From Camelus dromedarius (Eukaryota), in NCBI RefSeq assembly GCF_036321535.1, contig NC_087436.1, positions 73,658,001-73,722,000 of the forward strand: a stretch of DNA of 64,000 bases, written 5' to 3'. The notes beneath the pieces are model-generated. The model was not told the origin of the DNA, searched no databases, and saw only the letters and a program-made list of their open reading frames with translations. Position numbers and translations under genes: made by a program. Numbering within the stretch: position 1 is the stretch's first letter; each line of letters starts with the position of its first letter. Positions 25,776 through 39,390 of this stretch are shown here, one piece after another.

Positions 25776-27084
25776 AAGAGTGGATGATGCAAGGGTGAGA
25801 GGGTGGGGAGGACATTTTGATGTTGTATCAGGAGTCTGGTTCTGGGCCTGGAAGTGCCCTGACCAGCTATGTGGCCTCAGCCAAGTCACCTTCCTGGGCT
25901 GTAGGTGTCCTTGTCTGAAAAGGAGATGAATGAGACGATGACTGGGCAGAACACACACACGCACACACAAGTTCCCCAAACTATGACGTCAGGTGGTGGT
26001 GAGTGCCTGCCGTCCCCGTACCCCTGCAGCTTTCAGTGTCCCCACCACAATACGGCCCTGACTGCACTGACTGTCCAATCGATGGGCTGTCTTCGGGCGT
26101 CTCCTTTTGCCAGGACCTATGCCGGGTGACCCTGTACCACAGGATGGTGTCCTGCAGTCAATTTAGGCCCTGGGCCCCGCCCAGAGAAGAGGGCAGCTGT
26201 CCACATGGGTCATTAGATCCTCCTTAAGCTCCTGGCCATGAATGTGCTGCTGGTGATGAATGGAGCCTTTGTGGATAAAGCCGGAATCCAAAGGAAATCC
26301 TGCACGCTCACTCAGGTCAACCTCGTGAACAGGAGACAAGACTGATTTAATATACTTAGCTTGCATTAGAGAGCTAATGGCATTCTTACTGATTGCCCTA
26401 AGAGGGGGCACAATAGCAGAGGGGGAAAGAGAACTTGAGAGGAATGTAATCCAATCAAGGATTTGATTTTCTGTGAGGAAGAAATGTCACCCTATTAAGT
26501 AGGTCCCAAAGGCACTCAAAATACAGCAAGGGCTGAGGACGGAATTCTGTGAACTCCCGTTCAGAGTAGGTGCTATTTACCTCAAGTGAGACCCTCTGGG
26601 GGCATGGGAAACACACAGACATCTGCCCCTCACCCTAGACCTGCAGCGTCAGAATCCCTACACGGAGCCCAGGAGTCTGCAGGTGTACCGAGCTCCACGC
26701 GGGATTCTCACTTGCGCCCAGTATAAGCAACGCGGAGGAACATCACCACCTCAAGTCTCGGCGGAAATGCTGTTTGCTAACCCTTTGCCTCAAGCATTTT
26801 AAAGCAAGTGCTACCAGCTAGACAGACTTACATCCTCAGTACCACTTCAGCTACTCAGGGCAGGGAGAATGGGCAGCACCTCTGTTTCTCCCTTTGTCTC
26901 TCCCTCCCAGTCCTCTATCTAGAGCCTGTATTACCTTTCACTGAGATGGGCGCTGTGAGGTGTAGGATAGTTTAAGATCCTCTACCGAGCTTCTCTTCTC
27001 AACAGTGCAACACAACATGCTCGGGCCACTCTTACGCAGCCTTGTGCAGACTAAATCCCATGGTGAACGTTACAAATACACCTG

Positions 27085-27340
27085 GCTGTTAAAACTCCAT
27101 GTTAAGGACAAAGAAACCACATGGGGAGACAGAGGTCAAGGGGCACCGAGGCACCAGATGCTGGGTGGAGAGCTGACTTGAAAGCAGAACTTCCCGCCTC
27201 AGCTGCCATGAGGACCACAAGCAAACCATCCAGCTGGGCCCTTTGCAAATTCTGACCCACAAAATCATGAGCAGAATAAAATGGTTGTCTTAAACCATTT
27301 AGTTTTGGGACAGTTTGCTGCACAGCACTAGATCATTGGA
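27085..27340 (+). mobile_element. MaLR MLT1 LTR fragment
   Basis: aaattctgacccacaaaatcatgagc..aataaaatggttg..agttttggg..gtttgctgcacagca. Confidence 0.75.
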
Positions 27341-27999
27341 ATGGGAATTGTATAAATGTTTTACAAAATTATAAACCAAATTTAAATCAAAATGGAAAAT
27401 ATCAATCTCTAAAAAATCAAAAGCAAAACAAGTGAATTTAACCCTGCATAAGTAGGTGGCATAACCACACACAAAGGAGTTATTTCAAATGACTTGAAAT
27501 TTCAGTACTTTGTATATCCCTAGCAGATATACCCAAAGGACAAAAAGAACTACAAAGAAATCTTAAAGAGTTTTCAGTAATCATATTGTTACAAGAGTAT
27601 TGTTATAACTATTCTGAAATTATTTATGTATTGTAGGACAAAGGAAATAATACCACATAAATATCACTACAGAAAAACATTTTAATAAAGAGAAAGGAGA
27701 TATGAATATATGAATATCAAGGTTGTTAAGTAAAAATATTGCAATCCTAAATATAAATTGGTTATGAAAATAATACATATTTTCGAGATCTGTTCACTGA
27801 AAAGGTGTAGGAAATAATGACCAACCTGGTAGTGAAAATCCCAAACCCTGGAGAAATAGCTATTCTTGGTCTGGAGCCCAAAATATGCAAGGTGAGCCTG
27901 GGACTAATTGCCAGACTAGAAAGCAAGGAAGCCAGGAGCTTATTATAAAGATGCTTAGGTTCATATAAACGAGGTCCTGTCACTATTTCCTCTGCTTCC

Positions 28000-28850
28000 T
28001 CCTGCATCTCTGGTTGCCTCTCCTCCGCCTTCCTTACTGGCTCATCCTTTTCCACCTGATGCTTAAGTCCCTGTGGCTGTGTCCTAGGCCCTGGTCTCTG
28101 ACCTGTCCCCTCTCGCTCTAGGCTACTTCAGTGACCTCTGGCTTCAACAATCACCCATACTCTGATGCCTTCCAAATGTGTGTATCTCCAGCCAACATCT
28201 CTTCCAAAATCCTGATCTGAATATGTAACTGCCTACTCAGCACTTCCACCTCCATGTTTCATGGGCACCTCAAACCCAGCGTGTATAAACTCATCATCTC
28301 CCTTCTACTCAAACTTGGTTCTTCTCCATTATCTTTAGTCAGTCATTGGCATTATCATCTGCCCAGTTTTGCTACCTAGAAACCTGGAGGTCATTCTTGA
28401 TGCATCTTTCTCCCCTTACCCCCTTACATGTCATCAGGTGGATCCTGTCAATTCCACTTCCTGAATATTATTGGAATTCACCCTCTTCTCTCCATCTCTA
28501 CTGCCACCAACTCTGGACCAGGGCATCATCGCCTCTTGCTTAGATGACCCCTTCCCCTAATCTTTTCTTCATGGAAGCCAGGAGGGTCTTTTTCTATGCA
28601 AATCTTAAGTCTTTTATATGGGACTACCTATTTTGAATTCTTCCATGATTCTTCATGCCTTTAGGATAAAGTTAAAAATCCTACAAGCTCCTGAGTGGCC
28701 TGGGCTCTGCAAACCTCAGCGGCCCCGTGTTATGGCATCCTCCAGCTCATTCACTTCAGACCATTCAGCCCCTTGAATACACCTCTCTTCATGACCTTTG
28801 TGGCCTCTACCTGGAGAGCTCTTTCATCCCCTTTTTGCCAATCCTTATTT
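28000..28850 (+). mobile_element. L2 fragment
   Basis: pyrimidine-rich L2 motifs (aactgcctact..atgtttcatgggcacctcaaac..agaaacctggaggtcattcttga). Confidence 0.7.
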
Positions 28851-29119
28851 CATTCATTTGTATATGTGTACTTTGGGATAAATCCCAATGGACAACACTG
28901 ACTCCTTCAGTAAATTTTAATTCTGTTAAATATAGTTCACTCAGTCCTAAGATATTCAGCTGAGCTTTCTGGTGGTCATGTCACAAGGAGGAGAAGCTGA
29001 TATTCAAGAGTCAGCCTCAGGAGAAATGTAATGATTTCCTGCCTACCCTGAGATGCCCCTCCCTATGCAATGTGGACTTTGGGGTACCCACAGTTAGTCT
29101 GGAGGTGGGAAGCACATAC

Positions 29120-29174
29120 CTTTCTCTGCATTCTGGAAAGCAAAATGATGTTGGGTGGAGCTGCCACTTCCCAT
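29120..29174 (-). CDS. PPEF2: PPEF2 first coding exon MGSGSSTQHHFAFQNAEK
   Basis: GCTATGG Kozak context; donor G|gtatgt; acceptor ttttgtcag before 29236; Gly2/Ser6 myristoylation-like N-terminus. Confidence 0.93.
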
Positions 29175-30565
29175 AGCGTAAGGACGATATTTCTGCAGGA
29201 TACAGATAGTAGGTCCAAAGGAGAGTGAACTGTTTGCTGACAAAAGGAAGTGGGAGTCTGCAATAGGAGATTTGGGCAGAACATTAGTGCAGGTAGACCA
29301 AATTATCTAAGAACCTTGCCTCCCATGTCATTTAAAAAAAATGTAAAGCTGTCATGTGACTGCATCCTCCCCGTCCCTCCCCAGTCTCAGTGCATGAGAT
29401 GCTCCTCCCTTGAAAAATCCCCTCAAAGTGTCATCTCGTATCTCTCCTGTTTTCAACCTTTCTACTAGCTTTTCCTTTTCAGGCTAAAAACATACTGAAG
29501 TCTATTCTCAAAGAAATTCATCATCATCATCATCCTTTGACCTCAAACTATAACCTAACCTCTCTTTTCTTCCCATCCAGATTTCTCTTGAGTAGATCAC
29601 TTATTTTTCCTTAATTCCTCTTACAATCATGTTTTTCATTCTCACTATTGATCAAAACTTTTCATGCTGATGTCTCCCATGGCTTCAAATTTTCAGTCTT
29701 TAAGTTGTCAGATTAGCAAGGCCACCATCTCATAAGTCACACCTTGATTTAAATTCTACTGTTTGGGCTTCCATGATGCGACTCTCTTGTATTTGCTCTT
29801 ACCTCTTTATTTATTGTCTTTTTCTTAAGCTCATTTTTCTCTACCCATCCCTTAAATGTCGAATTTATTTGTATTCTAGTCTCAAATGTCTGCCCTCCTC
29901 ACTCCAAATATACTTCCTAGATGACTTAATCAACTCTCACATTTTCAACGATCACTTCCTACCTCTTAAATCTACATCTCCATCCTAGACTATCCCTAAA
30001 CTTCAGCCCCATATACCCAGCTTCCCATTAAACTTTCAGTGGAGCACCTCAGTCTCCACATAACACAAATAGAACTCAACTTCCCTAAAGCTTACACCTC
30101 CAGCCTCATCTCTCTTGCCTCCTTTCTTCAACTCTGAGGCCATATCAAGCTTGAATCAGCGCCTCTTGGTAATGACTAACTGCTTCTCTGGCTGGTGATG
30201 CCCCAGCTGAGCCATCTTCCCAGGTTAACTGGCATATCTCCACCACATGGACGAGAGTCCTTGTCCTTCCAGGATTTGACTTAGTATTAGCTGTACCTGA
30301 CATTATCTTTTTTTTTTTTTAATGTAGGTAATTATGTGCCCACTAAGTGAATCCAAGAAATGGAAGATTCATCATCCAGGACTTGAAGACTTCAAAACAT
30401 ACACAGCAAAGACCCTCCCTGGGTGAGTGGATGAGCTAACAAAGAGGCTTTCTGTGACCTCTGTCCTCAAGCCAAACCTGTATCTATTTCCCATGTGAAA
30501 CATAAGTTTGTTGTCCTCATGGTCTGACTCAATTCTGTATGCTAGGCTGTAAAGAAAGCTCTTAC

Positions 30566-30800
30566 CTTCTTTGGAATTTTTCACTATGAGCCACAACGAG
30601 GCAGAAACGTCTTTAACACACAGGTGTGATCCTCATCGTGTCTTCAGAGTTGGCTGAGCAATCCCAGGATGATCTGATTTCTTCCAGGTCTGGAGTCTGA
30701 TAGATAAGGTGCAGGCCTAGTCCTGCACACCTCCTCACAGCAGCGGTGGTGATATCCCCAGCCCTGGCCAAGCCTTCAGGGCTCCCCGCCTCCTGGCAGT
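30566..30800 (-). other. PPEF2: candidate non-coding first exon of PPEF2 (5' end unknown)
   Basis: strong donor AAG|gtaaga at 30566/30565 in apparently non-repeat sequence upstream of the exon-2 acceptor. Confidence 0.4.
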
Positions 30801-32219
30801 AGGCAGCCCTTGACCTCAGTCAGATCAGGCCTGGGATGAGGATTTGAAGGGGGAGATTGCTCAGTTGGGTGTCTCCCTCACGCCCACGCCCAAGCCCTAA
30901 AGACTGTCTCTCTGCTGCTCACTCCTGCCCCATCCCCACTTCTAAGTCTTCTTACTCTCCTGGATTATGACATTAGGAGGCTGTGTTTCTCAAGCCACAT
31001 CTGAGAAGGCTGAGCTCCTTAACCCAGAAACAGAAGAGTGCTGACAAGACAGATGGGCCTGGGGGCCCCAGAGCTCGAGGGGCCCCGCCTGAGCCATGCA
31101 GGGGCCGAGGCGTTCTCCCTTGTGGCTGGCTTTTCTCTGTTTGCAACACTTGATTGAAACATCCTGCCTTTTCTTGCTTATTCCAAATATGGACACTTTT
31201 TCCTGAGGTTATAACCTAAACCATTAATATTTTAATATATTCCCAGAAAACGTACTTTTTCAATAAATCTAAGATGTTCATGTGTGTGCTGGTAAGTACT
31301 AAATATTCTGTGGGGACTTACAAAGAAACTTATAATCTGTTTCCTTACATGTAGTTAGTAGGTCAAGCTTGTTAATTATGTTATTCAAATCCTCTTTATC
31401 CTTATTTATTCTTTCTGATCTCCCCATCTATGGAAAAAAAGTATTTTTCAGATTTCTATGATAAGTACAGGTTTGGCAATTTATCCTTGTATTTCTGAAT
31501 CTTTGCATTATATGTTTTAAAGCTAGGTAACTGAATATTAGATTGAACCATATGACATTGACATTGGTAATATAATTCATGAAGGTTCATGGCTATTTTC
31601 TTGGACTTACCAAAGTAAAATACCCCCCTGCTGTTTTAAATCCTTTTTGCCTTGAATTCTCTTTTGTCTGATATTTTCATATTGGCTCACTTTTTGTTAG
31701 TGGTTGATACCTAACATTTTCCCCCAAATTGACCAAAAGTTAAAAGACATAAAATCCTGTCTTATTGAGAGTATGAGAAAAAAGGCTCTCTCCATACACT
31801 ACTGGTGGGAATGTAAATGTTGTTTCACTTTTGTGGAATTAAACTAGATTAAATTTTAACTGAGATTAAATTATGTAATTAATCTATTAAATTACAAATT
31901 TGTGATACGTAAACCCTTTGGTCCAGAAATTCCACTTTAAAGTATCTTATAAAACTATACACCCACACAAAAAGTGCCAAGGATTTTCACTACCATATTG
32001 TTCATGATCATGAAAACCTGGAAAAAACTTAAAAGTTCATAAATTATAGAATGGTTAAATAAGTTGTCATACATTTATACAGAATACTATGTAGTCACTT
32101 TTTAAAATGTAGATCAATAGCCTCTGTCATGAAAAGATGTTCATATCTATGTGAAAAAGGCAACCTGCTGAAATATATATAATCTGAACTCAACTTGGAA
32201 GAAAACATTGTATGAGTCA

Positions 32220-32402
32220 CATTTTCTAGTCTCTGTATTGAAGCTTTGGCATCTTGGGGCCTTGCTGGTAAAGAGAAGGATGCCCCTCCCAAGATTCGCT
32301 GATTCCTAGAGACAGCATGAGGCTTGTTTGTTTGTTTATTTATTGAAATATAGCTGATTTACAATATTGTGTTAGTTGCAGGTGCACACCAAAGTGATTC
32401 AG

Positions 32403-32444
<42 letters not shown>

Positions 32445-33000
32445 CAGATTATATATATATGTATATACACACACATATATGAATATACATATATATACAC
32501 TTTTTTCAGATTCTTTTGCATTATAGTTTATTACAAGATATTGAATATATTTCCCTGTGAGATAGCAAAGGACTCTGAAAACAACTTTCATATGCAAACC
32601 AACCAATCCAGAGCCCATACCCCCAACCACCTTCGTTACTGGCTTTTACAGCTCAGGGCCACTATACCCACAGCCCTAATCATGAAGGGCCAGTATCAGA
32701 CAACTAGGGGCAATGAAATTATTCAAACTAGCCAATCTTAGATCTATTTAGCCTATTTACCCTGTGTCAGCAGATATTCCTTCCCTCAAAGACCACAAAA
32801 AGGCTCTTTCACACTTCCCCCATCTCTCTCTCTCCTTGAGACCAACCTCGGTGTTCTCTCCTGTGACTTTGCAGAGTGGCCACAGTGTGCCTCTCGCCTT
32901 TTGGGAACTGGAAGTAATAAGCTATCTTTTCAATGGCAATCTTCTCCGGATCTGTTCGCCTCACCATACCTGAATAAAAATAAAATCTACGTGTTAAGAC
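32220..33000 (+). mobile_element. MER21-like LTR split by a minus-strand L1 tail fragment (~32320-32558)
   Basis: catatgcaaaccaaccaatccagagccc..gatctgtt..cctcaccatacct..; aga(c/t)agca duplicated around the L1 piece. Confidence 0.7.
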
Positions 33001-33477
33001 ATAAATGCATTAAAGAAGTTGTGGTGAATACAGAGAGCAGTCATCTCTAGGCAGTGCTGCTGGAGAGACTGCTACCTCTGAGTGGGGAGGAGAGGCCACG
33101 GATTACACTATGAACTGTTTGGTTTATTTTTATAATAGGCATATGTTACTTGCATGCTTTAAAAGATAGAATATTTTAAAAATCAACTCTCTCCGTCTCC
33201 TATACAACCACCATAGGCCAAGCCGCCATATTTTTTAAAAAACAATTCATTTTTGCTTTTTGTGTGATAAGAACACAGTATGAGCTCTATCCTCTTAAAA
33301 AAATTAAGTGTACAATTCAGTATTGTTAACTGTGGCACAAAATTGTACAGCACATCTCTAGAATGTACTCATCTTGCATAACTGAAAGTTTATACCTGTT
33401 GGCTAGTGACTTTCCATTTCTCCTTCTCCCTAGTCCCTGGCTGCTATGACTCTGACTATTTTAAATGCCTTATACTA

Positions 33478-33600
33478 GAGGAAAAAGTTTTCCTCAGCCT
33501 TTTTAATGTCCCTGTTTGGGTCTGAAAATTAAACTGAAAGGGATGGAGTAACAGGAGAAAAGCCCACGAATTTATTTAATGTAAGTTTTACATGACGTGC
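33478..33600 (-). mobile_element. ERV1 LTR 3'-end fragment
   Basis: aacaggagaaaagc..aatttatttaatgtaagttttacatgac resembles laurasiatherian ERV1 LTR ends. Confidence 0.5.
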
Positions 33601-33908
33601 CTGGTTTTTAACTTCCACCCCTATCCCATTAGGCTGAGATTTTTTGACAAATATCATGCAGAAATGCCTTTCTCCTGGAAAAAGGAAATAATTTTAGAAT
33701 TTGACAATGATAGCCAAAATAGCCAGTCCAACGGGTCAAATGAATCCTCTTTGATATCATTTATTTGCTCTGTCTCTGACAACACAAAAGCAGATGTCAA
33801 AGATTCTAACTATTCACCCCTCTTGGGCCAAATGCCATCATCTCTATGGATGAACTCATCAGATATTGACAGAACCCACAGTGCTCCTCCTGTCAAAATC
33901 CAGATTGA

Positions 33909-34276
33909 TCAAAGACAAATACTGTATGATATCACTTATATGTGGAATCTAAAAAATAAAACATATTAGAGAACATAACAAAAAAGAAACAGACTCACTG
34001 ATATAGAGAACAAATAGTGGTTGCCAGTGAGAAGAGGGAAGGGAGGAGGGGCAAGGTAGGGGTAAGGGATTAAGAGGTACAAACTACTATGTATAAAATA
34101 AATACACTACAAGGATATACTACACAGCACAGGGAATATAGCCAATATTTTATAATAACTATAAATGGAGTATAAACTTTAAAAATTGTGAATCACTATG
34201 TTGTACACCTAAAATTTATATAATATTGTAAGTTAACTATATCTTAATTAAAAAATAAAACAAAGCGATGGCTAAA
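33909..34276 (+). mobile_element. L1 3' fragment inside ERV pol
   Basis: L1 3'UTR plus A-tail; TSD aaaatcca(g/a)attga 33895-33908 and 34277-34290. Confidence 0.9.
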
Positions 34277-36145
34277 AAAATCCAAATTGAACCCTCAAAG
34301 ACTCTCCCCAGAATTAATCAATACCCTATAAAGAGAGCTTACAGGGAATCAGACCAATCACAGAGGATTATAGAGCCCAGGGGTTTACAATCCCTTGTAT
34401 CAGTCTCTGCAATACTGTCACGCCTTATCAGCTCCCATCTCTACTGAAAGGAAGTTTTTCACTGTGATTGATTTGTGTAGTGCCTTCTTTAGCTTCCCCG
34501 GAGACAAGGTCTGTCAATACCTCTTTGCCTTTAGTTGGGAAGGATAACAATACACCTGAACAGTAATGCCCCAGGTTTAGCTAAAAGCCCTTTTTACTTC
34601 TCACAAACCCTAGAAGCTTATTTAGATGATGTAAAGTTTTCTGTTACAATATGCAGATGACTTGCTTCTCTGCTCCCCTTCCTAGGCCTCCCCACAGGAA
34701 GATGGCATCCCCCTGTTAAAGCTTTTAACCTCCAAGGAAAAGCTACAGTTCCAACTCGCACTTGCCGTTTAGGACACCTGATTTCAGAACAAGGACTACA
34801 CGTAGATCTAGACAGGCTTCACAGCATCCTGAACTAAATGCCCCAAACTAAATGCCAACTATGCGGCTTTCTTGGCTTAGTTGACTATTGTCATAACTGA
34901 GTTCCAAATTTTCCTCTTATGGCTCAGACCCTATATATATCTTGTTGAAAAACATAAGCCTGATCCTATTATTTGGGAAGATCAGGATGATCTAGCTTTT
35001 AAAACCCTGAAGGAAAGCTTAATGAATCCCTCTGCCCTTGGACACCCTAATTACCAACTTCCTCATTTCCTCTAAGTCTATGAAAAGCAGTGAAATGCCC
35101 TCAGGGTGCTTATTCAAAAGCACAGAGACTGCCATCACCCAAAGGGTACCCCAGCTAGACCCTGCGGCACAAGGATACCCCCTTGCCTCTGAGCCATTCC
35201 TGACTCTGCTCTTTTGGTCAAGGCCACCAAAAAACAGTCATGGATTCCTCTCTGACCATCTTTGTTCCTCATGCTGTTGAAAGCCCTTCTGGATTCCTAT
35301 CATACCCAACACCTTTCAGCAAGACTCCTTACTCCCTATGAAATTCTCTTGTTGACTGCACCCCGCATCACTCTTGCTTGCTGTAATAACCCTAACCTTG
35401 CCACCCTTCTTCCTTCTTCTACTGACAAAACTCCTCATGACAGTTTAACTGTGGCTCTTGACTCCCCATTATGATTTGTAAGGAACCCCTTTATCAAATG
35501 GTGATATTTCATGGTTTACTGATGGTTCTTTTTTAAAAGATGAAAATGGTAACTACTGTCTTGGGTGTGCAATTGCAACTTCTTTTGAAGTCACCAAGGC
35601 AGCAGTATTGCCTTTGGCTGTGTTGGCACAACAGACTGAATTATATGCTCATACTCGAGTCTATATTTCAGCCAAGAGCAAAACAACAAACATGTATACA
35701 GATAGTGGATACACCTTCAGAGGAGCCCGTGAGTTTGGAATATTGCAGAAGCAGCGAGGTTTCCTTACATCTAATGGGGATAAAGTTTAAAATGGCCCAG
35801 AGAGTCAAGACTTGTTAGACGCCATACATCAACTAGCCACTCTGGCTATCATTAAAGTTCTGGGCATCCCAAACTTGACTCCCGGGAAGCTAAAGGGGAC
35901 CACCCTGCTGATATCGCCATTAAAAATGCTGCTCTCACAGCAACCAACAACCAAACCTCCAATAAGGTGTTCCCCTAAATGATAATCTAGAAAAATTGAC
36001 TAGAGGTGCCCAACAATTGGCCCTAGAAAAGGAAAAACAATATTGGAAAAAGCTAACCACTATTGGTTCAGTAAAAAGAGAGGGCTCTGGTTTGCACCAA
36101 ATGATGACCAGTCCTGCCAGTCTCTAAAATTCCCGTTACTGACTA

Positions 36146-36355
36146 CAGTTGACTCTTGAACAACACAGGTTTGAACTGCAGGGGTCCACTTATACATACA
36201 GGGTTTTTCTGGATAAATACGTACTACAGCACTACACAATCTGCGGCTGGCGGATGCAGAACCTCAGATACAGAGGGCCGACTAGAAAGTTATATGAAGA
36301 TTTTCAACGGCACAGAGGGGTTGGTGCCCCTAACCCTCATCACGTTGTTCAACTG
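36146..36355 (+). mobile_element. Tigger2-type DNA transposon MITE inside the ERV integrase
   Basis: TIRs cagttgactcttgaacaac...gttgttcaactg, TA TSD on both sides. Confidence 0.88.
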
Positions 36356-38285
36356 TACTGCATGTGCATTGGATCATTGGTCTACTGATAAAAACATAAG
36401 CCTTATAAATCAATATTGGTGGGAAAATATTAATAAAGTCATTTAAAGTACCTACTTTGTTTGCCACACCCACTTAAAATACAATCCTGGGAAACCTATC
36501 CTCACTAGCTCAGGACACTTTAAATTACCCAATAGACCACTTGAGGTTGGCAAATGGATTTCCTACAGCTTCCCTATCTCACAGATATAAATGTTTTGGT
36601 GGTGGTTTGTCTGTTTTCTCACTGAACTGAAGTTTCCCCTCGTAGACAGGCGACTGCCTCTTCTGTGGCTAAAATTCTATTAGAAAAGACTATCTCCACC
36701 CAGTGAACCCCACCTCGAACTTCATAGTCACTGGGGAACTCACTTCACCAGTTTGGGTGCTTTAACAAGTCTGTGCTGTCTGGCCAGTTTTACAGCACTT
36801 TCACTGTACTTACCAGCCAAAATCCTCAGGGCTAGTTGAACTCATGAATAGCAGCATCAAGACTCTACTGGCAACATTTGTAGAGACTCTTCAGATACCC
36901 TGGCCAAAGACACTGCCATTGGTCCTTCTCAATCTTAGGTCTATCTACCCTTTTGGCAACTGATAAATTCTCACCCTTTGAGACAGTCACAGGATGCCCA
37001 ATACACCTAGCTCCTGCTTCTTGTGATCTAGGGCTAATAAAAGGGTATACACTTCAATATTGTAAAGACCTAATTGTTTCTATTGAACATAATTATGATT
37101 TAGTACAACAATCTTTTCACAGCATGCTCCCGGGAGACAAAGGCCTTAAGCATCATCCTTTACAACTGAGATATTTTGTCTTTTGGAAGAGACATCTTCA
37201 AAAAGATTCTCCCCAACCTTGCTGGAAGGGCCCTTACCAACTGTTGCTAACCAACCAGTGTGCTGCCAAGATCCAGGGAATAGATTCTTGGATCCATGAA
37301 TCACATCTAAAGAGAGCACCAAACCCTGACTGGATCTGCACACCAACTGGTGACTTAAAAGCAAAGGTTTCCAGGAATTGAAATAGATGACAGCTGAAGG
37401 AGACAGCTTTCCCAGGGTGACATTTTCCCCATGTTCCTCACCTTATCTTCTCCTGTCCTTTCTTAGAAAGACAACGCTCTTATGGTTGGGTTTGCCACCA
37501 GAAACTCCAATCTGCACACTACAGCGGTGGCTCTCTAGTCCGTACTGTGATGAAAGTTTCATTTGACACTGATGCCACTGCTAACTTCACTCCACTTCAC
37601 CTCAGCATTAGCTACAGAGTGCAACTTCTGTCAACATCCCTCCCCATGTCCTGTTTCTTCCTGAACACCCCCACCAACTATAGCAACGATAGTCCAGTCC
37701 AGATAGACTTAAAATTATGACCCCACTGCAACCACTCCACTCACACCCTTACTTTTATCACCTTTGTCCAAAAAGCAACTTGAGCGCGAGTGCCCTATCA
37801 CACCAGAGAATGGTCTTTTCTTAGAGGAATCCTCCCAGAATGCTCTCAAACATCACTGACACCTGGTTGACTAATGCCAATAGTTCCATCCCCACAAATA
37901 CACTAATAAACAGTGACCCTTCAGCTGGAGTCCTTCATGCTCACCTGGCTTCATCTTCGCTTGTGGAGGACGGCATCCTCCCTGGGCTCACAGATGTCTA
38001 GATAGCAGGTGAGTGGGAGGACAACACTCATTAGGGTATCCAGTTGTTCCACTGTCCATTCATAACCCATCTGAAACCAACCCTTAAGCCCACATCGAAG
38101 AACCTAATGTTAACGACCTGATGGGGCCCATGACTCTGGGTTTGCCTCCTTGGGCAGATCTTGCCCCCTTCCCTGGCTTGGGGTACACACCAGGGAGCAT
38201 AAGATCAGAAATCCATCTGTTATCCTAGGCAACACAGCTGACTGCGCCACTAAAGCAACAGCTGCCCAATAACAGTCTTAGATTC

Positions 38286-38741
38286 TGTCAACTTTAGTAA
38301 CATAACAGTCAGTTACTTTGCCAGCAAAAAAATTTTATTTGAGAATGGCCACAGGAATTACAATTCAGGATATGCGAACTATGGTGGATCATAGGCAAAT
38401 CCAGAGAACAAGGAAGGTGAGTTTGCTTTTATAGGGAAGAGGTGGCAGGGGGAGTTGGGAGGGACTGTAATAATGAGAGTTCATTGGAGGAAGGTGGGAA
38501 TCCAAAGTACGGAGGCTTCTCATTGGTCAGGCAGCTACAGTCTGATTGGCTGTGCTGTCATCAGACAGAGAGTTTTCTTCTCCCTGTTGGATAGTAGAGC
38601 AGGCAACACCTTCCTGTCTGAGATGTCTGTGTCTGCCACTTGCTGTTTGGAGTAATTGATGATTGGTGGGGTGGGGGGTGGGAGCTCCCTTTACAGGCCT
38701 GTCTTAGCTCCAATTTTAGCTGAGGTTTCTTTAATTTCATA
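38286..38741 (-). mobile_element. solo ERV1 LTR inserted in env
   Basis: 4-bp TSD attc (38282-38285, 38742-38745); minus-strand CCAAT boxes, TATAAAA 38433-38427, AATAAA 38339-38334; env resumes across it. Confidence 0.88.
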
Positions 38742-39390
38742 ATTCCTTAGCTAAAGTGGTAATAAATAACCAAATTGCCCTTGGCTAACTCCTAGCAGAA
38801 CAAGGTAGTATATGCTGGCAGGAAACACTGCTTGTTGCACATGGATAAATTCCCCTGGGGAGGAAGAAACTCAATTACATAAAATCAGGGAACTAGTACA
38901 CTGGTTACAAGTTTCATGCAATTGCCCATGGTCCTTCAATCTGTTCAGCTGGCCGTCTTCAAGCCTAGATTCATAGTTCAGGACAGTTACCCAAACTGGA
39001 TTTGTCATATTACTTTTAATTTTGCTTTGCAAAATCATTTTTAAACTTTGTATCTGTTGCCTGTCAAATATCTCCAGAAATGATGCACCAAACAGAATGA
39101 TGTGATGTTAGCTCAACGCTTTGAGATGATCTCCAAGGCTTACAACCTTGAGAAGACATGAACCTAAGATTGGGAGATGCCTGAGCCCCCCTCCTATTAC
39201 CTTCCTTGCTCAAATGTGGCCCCTGTGGTTTCCAAATGCTACTTGCCCTTTCCCCCTCAGCATAACTCTCAGGAAAGCTCCTTCCCAGCCCTGAGGGACA
39301 CACACAGGCAAAAACATTTCAACCAAAATAAATAACCTGATGCTGCATCAGAGATGTTTTTCGAGAAAGATCTTGAGCAAAACAGAGAAG

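Larger units (their letters stand above)
33600..39390 (+). mobile_element. decayed class I ERV pol-env region (MER34/MER4-group-like), 5'-truncated
   Basis: FTVIDLCSAFFS, LQYADDLL, WFTDGS, WQMDFLQL, GPYQLLL..GIDSWIH; env TM remnant SLAKVV..IAL..LLAEQG..CCTWIN at 38745-38850. Confidence 0.92.

Noticed and set aside
37400..39100. env as a syncytin/HEMO-like captured gene
   Set aside because: Multiple stops and frameshifts, degenerate immunosuppressive domain, interrupted by a solo LTR
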